A stretch of DNA of 64,000 bases from Alphaproteobacteria bacterium. GTDB taxonomy: Bacteria > Pseudomonadota > Alphaproteobacteria > SHNJ01. The translations under genes were made by a program, and so were the position numbers. The notes under the pieces were generated by a model. The model had not been told where the DNA came from. It saw nothing but the letters and a program-made list of their open reading frames with translations, and searched no databases. The stretch lies in the NCBI GenBank assembly GCA_004295055.1, contig SHNJ01000007.1, positions 73,081 to 137,080 of the forward strand, written 5' to 3'. Below are positions 57,226 to 64,000 of the stretch, one piece after another (position 1 is the stretch's first letter; each line of letters begins with the position of its first letter).

Positions 57226-57905
57226 CCGAATCTAATGCCGCCATCATAGAAGCCGTTGTTGAAGACGCCGATAACGATAATGTGGTTCCATTTCAAGACC
57301 GGGCAGAGCATAGACGCTTGCTGGAAGCTTTGATTTTCGCGACCGATAAACCGCTATCGCTGTCGGATTTGAAATCCTTTTTTCCAGAAGATTTTGACAT
57401 CGAGCCATTGTTGGCGGAATTGGAAGAAACCTATCGCAATACCGGATTCCAATTGACGCAAATTGGCGGTAAGTGGTCGTTTCGCACCGCAGCCGATTTA
57501 GGTCCGTATTTGAAGCGTGAAAAAACCGTACAGCGTAAATTGACCCGCGCAACAGTGGAAACTCTGGCGATCATTGCGTATCACCAACCGGTCACCCGCG
57601 CCGAAATCGAAGATATTCGCGGCGTATCGGTGGCGCAGGGGACATTGGATATTTTGCTGCAGGCCGGATGGATTAAACCAGGCCGCCGCCGGGAAACGCC
57701 TGGTCGTCCGGTAACCTGGATTACAACGGAAGAATTCTTACAGCATTTTGGCGTTGCCGCTATCGAGGATCTGCCAGGATTCGATGAATTGAAGGCATCC
57801 GGTCTATTGGATAAAAACCGGCCTGTGGCGGGTCCTTTATTCCAGCAGACGGAAGAGGGTGAACCGGCCGTTTCGGAAGATGCGGAAGATAGCGAAGAAT
57901 TGTAA
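57222..57905 (+). CDS. scpB: Segregation and condensation protein B
   Basis: LEALIFATDKPLS and tandem winged-helix pattern; overlaps the scpA stop. Confidence 0.88.
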   Translation: MTESNAAIIEAVVEDADNDNVVPFQDRAEHRRLLEALIFATDKPLSLSDLKSFFPEDFDIEPLLAELEETYRNTGFQLTQIGGKWSFRTAADLGPYLKREKTVQRKLTRATVETLAIIAYHQPVTRAEIEDIRGVSVAQGTLDILLQAGWIKPGRRRETPGRPVTWITTEEFLQHFGVAAIEDLPGFDELKASGLLDKNRPVAGPLFQQTEEGEPAVSEDAEDSEEL

Positions 57906-58032
57906 TTTTTATCTAAAAAGCGCCACATCCGCCCATAAAATAGCTAAAAAACCGCCGATTATTGAGCAAATATCCATTATTTGCCGATATGATATACTAT
58001 CTTATTGAAATTCCTTATCTGTCGAGGTTCTT

Positions 58033-58206
58033 ATGGGTTCATTTAGCTTAATGCATTGGTTGATCGTAATCGTGGTCATTCTGTTGTTGTTTGGCCGCGG
58101 ACGTTTGTCGCAAGTCATGGGCGATTTCGCCAAAGGCATCAAAGCCTTTAAAACTGAAATGAAAGACGACAGCAAAGACGATCAGCAAAAAATCAATAAA
58201 GATTAA
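58033..58206 (+). CDS. tatA: Sec-independent translocase TatA (57 aa, below the ORF-track length cutoff)
   Basis: [40 protein letters not shown] matches the TatA TM plus amphipathic helix. Confidence 0.8.
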   Translation: MGSFSLMHWLIVIVVILLLFGRGRLSQVMGDFAKGIKAFKTEMKDDSKDDQQKINKD

Positions 58207-58217
58207 TCGGTAAACCC

Positions 58218-58541
58218 ATGTTTGATATCGGTTGGTCCGAACTTGCATTGATCGGGGTTGTGGCGATCGTGGTGATCGGCCCCAAGGACATGCCCAAAGT
58301 AATGAAGCAAGTTGGTAAATTCGTCCGCACCGCTCGTAAGATTATGCGCGATTTTCAAAATCAGGTCGAAGAAGTGGTCCACGCCGAGGAAGTCAAAGAA
58401 TTTCGCGAGCAGTTGGAAAAGCACGGAATTACCGATTTTCATGAGCAGATTCAGCGAGAACTGGATAACACGGCGGCCCAGATGCAAGAAGGGTTAACTG
58501 ACAATTCAGGTGAAACTTCAGATACCAAGCCTAAAGCATAG
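58218..58541 (+). CDS. tatB: Sec-independent translocase TatB
   Basis: MFDIGWSELALIGVVAIVVIGPKDMPKV TatA/B-family N-terminus with longer C-terminus. Confidence 0.85.
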   Translation: MFDIGWSELALIGVVAIVVIGPKDMPKVMKQVGKFVRTARKIMRDFQNQVEEVVHAEEVKEFREQLEKHGITDFHEQIQRELDNTAAQMQEGLTDNSGETSDTKPKA

Positions 58542-58543
58542 TA

Positions 58544-59356
58544 ATGACAACGGAAAAAAATAAAAGTGCCGACGATCAATTTATGGAAATGCCGTTTATG
58601 CAGCATTTCATCGAGTTGCGCGCGCGGTTGTTTTATGTTGCGGTTGGCTTTGTAATCGCATTCGGCATTAGTTTCCATTATGCCGGCCACGTTTATGATT
58701 TTCTGGCAAGGCCATTGATCGATGCCATGATTGCCAATGGCCACAGCAATCCACATATGATTTTTACAGGCATTGCAGAAGCGTTTTTTACCCATCTGAA
58801 GCTCGCGATGTGGATGGGATTGTTTATCACCTTGCCATTGTTGCTTTCGCAAGTATGGATGTTTGTTGCCCCAGGATTGTATAAAAACGAAAAACGGGCG
58901 TTTTTGCCGTTTCTGATTGCAACGCCAATTCTGTTCCTAATGGGCGCGGCGATGGCTTATTATGTTGTCTTTCCGATGGCTTGGAAATTTTTTCTTAGTT
59001 ATGAGACAATCGGCACCGCGGATGGTTTGCCAATCCAACTGGAAGCAAAAGTGAATGAATATTTATCTATTGTTACTGGATTGCTGATGGCGTTTGGATT
59101 TTGTTTTGAATTGCCGGTGCTTTTGGTGCTGCTGAATAAAGTGGGCTTAATTATGGCCCAGACTTTGGCGGAAAGCCGCCGGTATGCGATTGTCCTTATA
59201 TTGATCGTGGCGGCCATCGTCACCCCGCCGGATGTTATCAGCCAGCTTATGCTCGCTATCCCAATGTATTTTTTATATGAAATATCGGTCTGGATCTGTA
59301 TTGCCCAGGAAAAGGCCGCTGGAAAGCGCGAATTAATTGCGGCGAATAAGTCCTAA
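58544..59356 (+). CDS. tatC: Sec-independent translocase TatC
   Basis: Six-TM TatC pattern (HFIELRARL..., FITLPLLLSQVWMFVAPGLY). Confidence 0.92.
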   Translation: MTTEKNKSADDQFMEMPFMQHFIELRARLFYVAVGFVIAFGISFHYAGHVYDFLARPLIDAMIANGHSNPHMIFTGIAEAFFTHLKLAMWMGLFITLPLLLSQVWMFVAPGLYKNEKRAFLPFLIATPILFLMGAAMAYYVVFPMAWKFFLSYETIGTADGLPIQLEAKVNEYLSIVTGLLMAFGFCFELPVLLVLLNKVGLIMAQTLAESRRYAIVLILIVAAIVTPPDVISQLMLAIPMYFLYEISVWICIAQEKAAGKRELIAANKS

Positions 59357-59381
59357 ACCATAACAGTGCCCTAATTTTAAA

Positions 59382-59504
59382 TTCCCCTCCCTTTGGGAGG
59401 GGGTGGGGGGGAGGGTTAGGCAAGACCTAAATCAGAAAAACGAAATGAATGTAGCAGATACCGGGCCTAACCCCCTCCTTACCTCCCCCAAAGGGGGAGG
59501 AATT
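59382..59504. repeat. GC-rich nested palindromic element (MITE/REP-like): two about 40-bp imperfect inverted arms, each an internal palindrome (CCCTCCC-TTTGGG-AGGGGG), separated by about 43 nt
   Basis: Left arm TTCCCCTCCCTTTGGGAGGGGGTGGGGGGGAGGGTTAGGC, right arm GCCTAACCCCCTCCTTACCTCCCCCAAAGGGGGAGGAATT; strongly different composition from the flanks. Confidence 0.5.
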
Positions 59505-59575
59505 TCCGAATTATATCATTACTAAATTCACGACAAAGATTGATTTTCTGGGCTTTTTACGTTATTTAGCTACTC

Positions 59576-61048
59576 ATGCACGATATTCAATTTATTCGCG
59601 ATCATCCCGATCAATTCGACAAATCCTTAAAAAGCCGTGGCCTTGCCGCGCAGGCCCAAGCCATTTTAGACGTTGACGCGCGCCGCCGTGCCGCCTTGAC
59701 CGAATCGCAACAATTGCAGGCGAAACGCAACGATTTATCCAAGCAAATTGGGCAATTAAAAAAACAGGGCGTCAACACCGATATGGTGATGAAAGAAGTC
59801 GCCGATATGAAAGATCGCTTGGCCGGTCTTGAAAAGGTCGCCGCCGATCTTGATGCTCATATGGAATCCATGCTTGCTTATATCCCGAATCTGCCGGCAA
59901 ACGATGTGCCCGTGGCTGGCGATGAAACGGGCAACAAGGAAGCGCGTAAATTCGGAACGCCCACGAAATTGCCATTTGAAGCCAAGGCACATTACGATCT
60001 TGGCGAAAAATTGGGGATGATGGATTTTGAAGTTGCCGCCAAAATTACCGGTTCCCGGTTTGTGATGCTAAAAGGCCCATTGGCGCGCTTGGAACGGGCG
60101 ATTGCGCAATTCATGATCGATACGCACACACGGGAATTCGGTTATACCGAAGTATCTCCGCCCTATATGGTCAACGATACATCCATGTACGGCACCGGTA
60201 ATTTGCCGAAGTTCGCCACCGATTTATTTTATGCCGACAGTCTGGTGCTGGATGAATCCGCCCCGCTGGAAGACAGCGAATTAGAACGCCGCATCTTCGG
60301 CCAAATGAAAAAAGATTTGGCCGATCGCAATCCAGAGCTATTGAATTACATTACTCAAGCCGTTGGCGCTGGCGACCACGAAGCCTTTATCAAATTGATC
60401 GAGGCGGTCGAAGCGATGATGCGCCAAAACCGCAATTTGAATAATCGCAAATGGCTGATTCCAACGGCCGAAGTGCCGCTGACCAATATTGTCGCCGATC
60501 AAATTTTAAGCGCGGAGCAATTGCCGTTGCGCTTTACCGCATTTACGCCATGCTTTAGATCCGAAGCGGGGTCGGCCGGCAAAGACACGCGCGGGATGTT
60601 GCGCCAACATCAATTCAGCAAAGTGGAATTGGTCAGTGTTGTCGAGCCAGAAAAAAGCAATGAAGAACACGAACGGATGACAGGCGCCGCTGAAACGATT
60701 TTGCAGCGTTTGGAGTTGCCGTACCGTACAATGTTATTGTGCACCGGCGACATGGGATTTGCTTCGCGCAAAACCTACGATCTCGAGGTTTGGTTGCCGG
60801 CGCAAAATACTTACCGGGAAATTTCCAGCTGTTCAAATTGCGGCGATTTCCAAGCCCGCCGGATGAAGGCGCGTTACCGTGGCAAAGACGATAAAAACAC
60901 CAAATTCGTGCATACATTAAACGGTTCGGGCCTTGCTGTGGGACGCACGCTGATTGCGGTTATGGAAAATTATCAAAACGAAGATGGATCCATAACAATT
61001 CCATCCGTGCTGCAACCTTATATGGGCGGTCTTAACAGAATTGGATAA
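59576..61048 (+). CDS. serS: Serine--tRNA ligase (with lineage-specific about 60-aa insertion)
   Basis: N-terminal coiled coil, class II motifs ([40 protein letters not shown]); 490 aa versus typical about 425-430. Confidence 0.92.
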   Translation: MHDIQFIRDHPDQFDKSLKSRGLAAQAQAILDVDARRRAALTESQQLQAKRNDLSKQIGQLKKQGVNTDMVMKEVADMKDRLAGLEKVAADLDAHMESMLAYIPNLPANDVPVAGDETGNKEARKFGTPTKLPFEAKAHYDLGEKLGMMDFEVAAKITGSRFVMLKGPLARLERAIAQFMIDTHTREFGYTEVSPPYMVNDTSMYGTGNLPKFATDLFYADSLVLDESAPLEDSELERRIFGQMKKDLADRNPELLNYITQAVGAGDHEAFIKLIEAVEAMMRQNRNLNNRKWLIPTAEVPLTNIVADQILSAEQLPLRFTAFTPCFRSEAGSAGKDTRGMLRQHQFSKVELVSVVEPEKSNEEHERMTGAAETILQRLELPYRTMLLCTGDMGFASRKTYDLEVWLPAQNTYREISSCSNCGDFQARRMKARYRGKDDKNTKFVHTLNGSGLAVGRTLIAVMENYQNEDGSITIPSVLQPYMGGLNRIG

Positions 61049-61137
61049 ATCAGGGTTTAGGGTATTGTGGTTTGGGTTTAAGGAGTAGAGAAATTTCCAA
61101 AACCCAATACCCAGAACCCAAAACCCATAGGAATCAA

Positions 61138-61803
61138 ATGGTATTTGACCCTCGCGTAATTCGTTTAATCATGGACCTTCGCACTGGCGGCGTGTCCGAT
61201 ACCGAAGTTCTATCGGCGATAGAACGTGTTCCACGCCATTTGTTCGTGCCGGATTCTTTGCAAGACCAAGCTTACGACAACGCCGCATTGCCGATCGGTC
61301 ATGGCCAGACGATCAGTCAACCTTTGATTGTTGCCTTGATGTGTCATGCGTTGGAGCCGGATAAAAAAATAAAAGTCCTGGAAATCGGAACCGGATCTGG
61401 ATATCAGGCCGCTGTTCTATCTTTTTTATTCCGCAGGGTTTATTCCATCGAATTGCACAAGCCGTTATTGGACGAAGCCAACGCGAAATTGGCCAATGCC
61501 GGCATTACCAATGTCACCACCAAATTGGGTGACGGCTATCAAGGTTGGGTGGAACAAAAACCGTTTGAGCGTATCATCGTTTCTGCGGCCGCAACCGAAA
61601 TTCCGCAAACCCTGGTCGATCAATTGGCGGATGGGGGTATTATGGTTATCCCGGTCGGGCCGCAAGACGGGGCGCAATATGTTATTAAATTAACCAAAAC
61701 GGGCGATTCTTATACCCAAGAAACGCTTTGGTCAGTGCAATTTGTGCCTTTTATATCAACAAATAATGGGCCAAATAATCAACAAAAACGAAAAATAAGT
61801 TAA
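61138..61803 (+). CDS. pcm: Protein-L-isoaspartate O-methyltransferase
   Basis: GQTISQPLIVALM and VLEIGTGSGYQAAVL SAM motifs; the ORF-track start at 61072 is a TTG inside an inverted repeat, so the ATG at 61138 is preferred. Confidence 0.85.
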   Translation: MVFDPRVIRLIMDLRTGGVSDTEVLSAIERVPRHLFVPDSLQDQAYDNAALPIGHGQTISQPLIVALMCHALEPDKKIKVLEIGTGSGYQAAVLSFLFRRVYSIELHKPLLDEANAKLANAGITNVTTKLGDGYQGWVEQKPFERIIVSAAATEIPQTLVDQLADGGIMVIPVGPQDGAQYVIKLTKTGDSYTQETLWSVQFVPFISTNNGPNNQQKRKIS

Positions 61804-61867
61804 TTGCAATATAGGCCGGTTTCGTTTATTTCTTTATCAGCAAAATTAACCCGAAATGAGGTAGAGA

Positions 61868-62251
61868 ATGTTTATTCGCAATGCCTGGGCCGATGCTCCG
61901 GTTGTTACTTCCGATGTTCCCGCCGCAGCCACCGGCACAACCGCTATGCCAGGACTGATGGGCCAGTTGGCGCCGCTAGTTTTGATTTTTGTCGTATTCT
62001 ATTTTCTATTGATTCGCCCACAACAAAAGAAATTGAAAGCGCATGTCGATATGGTCGCTGCTTTGCGTCGTGGAGATAAAGTTGTCACCGGCGGCGGAAT
62101 TGTTGGCACTATTACCCGTTTAATCGACGATAAAGAAGTTTCGGTAGAGATCGCCGACGGCGTTGAAATTAAGGTCATCCGCAGCTCGATTGCGGAAGTC
62201 ATTTCTAAAAGTCCGGTCAGCGCCCAGGACACCAAGGGCAAAGCCGCTTAA
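61868..62251 (+). CDS. yajC: Preprotein translocase subunit YajC
   Basis: Single TM plus LIRPQQKKLKAHVDMVAALRRGDKVVTGGGIVGTI YajC motif; the true start may be the internal ATG about 61946. Confidence 0.8.
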   Translation: MFIRNAWADAPVVTSDVPAAATGTTAMPGLMGQLAPLVLIFVVFYFLLIRPQQKKLKAHVDMVAALRRGDKVVTGGGIVGTITRLIDDKEVSVEIADGVEIKVIRSSIAEVISKSPVSAQDTKGKAA

Positions 62252-62275
62252 AAAGCTAAAGAATCAGGAAATACC

Positions 62276-63844
62276 ATGCAATCCAACAGACTTTATATTT
62301 GGTTCATCGTTTTTATTTGCGTTATGGGATTTATCCTAGCGTTGCCCAATGCCATCAGCGATGAGCGCTTGGCCAAATTGCCGGATTGGTTTCCGAAACA
62401 TAAAATCACTTTAGGTTTGGATTTGCAGGGCGGGTCGCATTTGCTGCTCGAAGTTAAAACCAGCGATGTTATTGCCGAACAACTGAATAATATGTTGGAT
62501 GGCGTGCGTTCCACGTTGCGGACGCAGGATATCGGTTATACCGATTTGTCGGCTGGCGATGGCGCGATTCAATTTACCTTGCGCGATTTGGCGCAAAAAG
62601 ACGCTGTATACGAAGCCTTGCGCAAAGAATATGGCCAGGATGCCGTGGTTGATATTAAGGCTGACGGCAAGGGCAGCATTACATTGCGCGAAGAATATGT
62701 TGCCAGCCGCAAAAAACTGGCGGTTGAGCAATCGATCGAAGTTGTCCGGCGCCGCGTCGATGAAACCGGTACCCGCGAGCCGACCATTATCCGTCAGGGT
62801 GAGGACCGTATTTTGGTTCAATTGCCGGGCGAGGGCGATCCAGAACGCTTAAAACGTTTGTTGGGCAAGACCGCGAAATTGACTTTTCAATTGGTGGATA
62901 TGAGCACCAGTGTGGATGAAGCCCGTATGGGACGTACGCCGCCAGGCTCGCAACTATTGCCGGCGGATAAAAAAGACGGCTATGCCTCGGATTACGTTGT
63001 TAAACGGCAAGTTATTATTTCCGGCGATATGCTGGTCGATGCCCAGCCAAGTTACCAGGAAAATCAACCTGTCGTGTCATTCCGTTTCGATTCGCGCGGT
63101 TCAAAAAAATTCGGCGAAGTAACTTCGGAAAATATCGGCAAGCCATTTGCGATTATTTTAGACGGTAAAGTAATCAGTGCGCCGGTAATCCGTTCCGCCA
63201 TTATTGGCGGTTCCGGCATTATCAGCGGTAGTTTTACGACCGAATCGGCGAAAGATCTGGCGTTATTGTTGCGCGCCGGTGCGTTGCCAGCGCCATTGAC
63301 GGTATTGGAAGAACGCTCGGTCGGTGCGGAATTGGGCCGCGATTCGGTTGAGGCGGGTACCATGGCCAGCATTATGGGTTTTGCGCTTGTCTCCTTATGT
63401 ATGGTTTTATGCTACAGCCTGTTTGGCGTATTCGCGGTGATTTCCTTGACCGTGAACTTGGCTTTGCTGGCGGCGGCGTTATCATTGTTGGGTGCAACGC
63501 TGACCCTTCCTGGTATTGCCGGGGTGGTTTTGTCGATCGGTATGTCGGTGGACGCCAACGTGCTTATTTTCGAACGTATCCGCGAGGAATTGCGTTTGGG
63601 ACGCGGCCCCCGCGCGGCGGTCGATAACGGATTCAAACATGCGGTCGGCACGATTACCGATGCCAATCTGACTGCATTGATTGCCAATTTCTTTTTATAT
63701 TTGTTTGGTACAGGGCCAGTGCGCGGCTTTGCCGTGACCTTGTCGATTGGTTTGTTGGCGTCGATGTTTACCGCCATCACCTTAACCCGTTTGATTGTGC
63801 AGGCTTGGATGAACCGCGTTCGTCCGCAAGCCTTGCCATTATAA
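62276..63844 (+). CDS. secD: Protein translocase subunit SecD
   Basis: N-terminal TM, periplasmic domain, C-terminal 6-TM RND-like bundle (GIAGVVLSIGMSVDANVLIFERIREE). Confidence 0.92.
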   Translation: MQSNRLYIWFIVFICVMGFILALPNAISDERLAKLPDWFPKHKITLGLDLQGGSHLLLEVKTSDVIAEQLNNMLDGVRSTLRTQDIGYTDLSAGDGAIQFTLRDLAQKDAVYEALRKEYGQDAVVDIKADGKGSITLREEYVASRKKLAVEQSIEVVRRRVDETGTREPTIIRQGEDRILVQLPGEGDPERLKRLLGKTAKLTFQLVDMSTSVDEARMGRTPPGSQLLPADKKDGYASDYVVKRQVIISGDMLVDAQPSYQENQPVVSFRFDSRGSKKFGEVTSENIGKPFAIILDGKVISAPVIRSAIIGGSGIISGSFTTESAKDLALLLRAGALPAPLTVLEERSVGAELGRDSVEAGTMASIMGFALVSLCMVLCYSLFGVFAVISLTVNLALLAAALSLLGATLTLPGIAGVVLSIGMSVDANVLIFERIREELRLGRGPRAAVDNGFKHAVGTITDANLTALIANFFLYLFGTGPVRGFAVTLSIGLLASMFTAITLTRLIVQAWMNRVRPQALPL

Positions 63845-63862
63845 TAAATAAAGGATTGAATC

Positions 63863-64000
63863 ATGCTGCCTATTCACTTAATTCCACAGCAACCGAACAT
63901 CAACTTTTTGCGCTATAAATGGATCGCGGTTGGATTGACCTTGTTCCTAACTTTGGCATCGATCTTTGTGGTCAGCACCAAGGGCCTGAGTTACGGCATC
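63863..64000 (+). CDS. secF: Protein translocase subunit SecF, N-terminal fragment (continues past window)
   Basis: MLPIHLIPQQPNINFLRYKWIAVGLTLFL resembles the SecF N-terminus; follows secD. Confidence 0.75.
   Translation, partial: MLPIHLIPQQPNINFLRYKWIAVGLTLFLTLASIFVVSTKGLSYGI

Noticed and set aside
1-64000. Search for CRISPR arrays, rRNA, tRNA and IS/transposase genes
   Set aside because: No repeat-spacer periodicity, no rRNA-like conserved stretches, no tRNA-like GGTTCGAnTCC T-arm sequences in the intergenic regions I scanned, and no transposase-like ORFs. The only repeat-like elements are the short palindromic ones reported.

Overview
This is a 64-kb chromosomal segment that looks alphaproteobacterial. 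The call rests on the conserved block argS, SPOR, nagZ, scpA, scpB, tatABC, serS, pcm, yajC, secD, secF and on Caulobacter-like flagellar regulators (FliX-like protein, CtrA box, CckA-like kinase, sigma54 promoters). GC content is moderate, with several visibly AT-rich insertions.

Layout along the window:
(1) Housekeeping genes: pyrB 3' end, plsY, dprA, and a topA whose reading frame carries one in-frame TAA.
(2) An ORFan followed by a four-gene CDP-sugar cluster: glucose-1-P cytidylyltransferase, CDP-glucose 4,6-dehydratase, NDP-hexose C-methyltransferase and a 3,5-epimerase.
(3) About 30 kb of flagellar supercluster: fliW, flgL, flgK, flgN-like, flgJ, flgI, fliX-like, dksA, then flgH, flgA, flgG, flgF, fliL, fliM, motE-like, cheY, fliP, fliO, an flhB C-domain paralog, csrA, flgB, flgC, fliE, fliQ, fliR, flhB. 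Two things in it are unusual. An AT-rich four-gene phosphorelay operon (response regulator with unknown N-terminal domain, Hpt, di-heme cytochrome c peroxidase, hybrid histidine kinase) sits between dksA and flgH. A 1138-aa secreted Pro-rich/TPR protein sits between cheY and fliP.
(4) A CckA-like hybrid kinase, an lpxL-family acyltransferase, an AT-rich TPR ORFan, recA (with a LexA-like box and tandem terminators), valS, an AcuA/AcuC-like acetyltransferase-deacetylase pair, xthA, erpA, dgt, argS, a SPOR protein with tandem repeats, nagZ, an M50-like protease, scpAB, tatABC, a GC-rich palindromic MITE/REP-like element, serS (with an about 60-aa insertion), pcm, yajC, secD and the start of secF.

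No rRNA, tRNA or CRISPR was detected. The most interesting candidates are the horizontally acquired redox phosphorelay island inside the flagellar locus, the large periplasmic TPR protein in the fliLM-cheY-fliPO region, and the CDP-branched-sugar cluster abutting fliW-flgL-flgK. All coordinates and calls are from reading the sequence and ORF translations by eye; nothing was computed.
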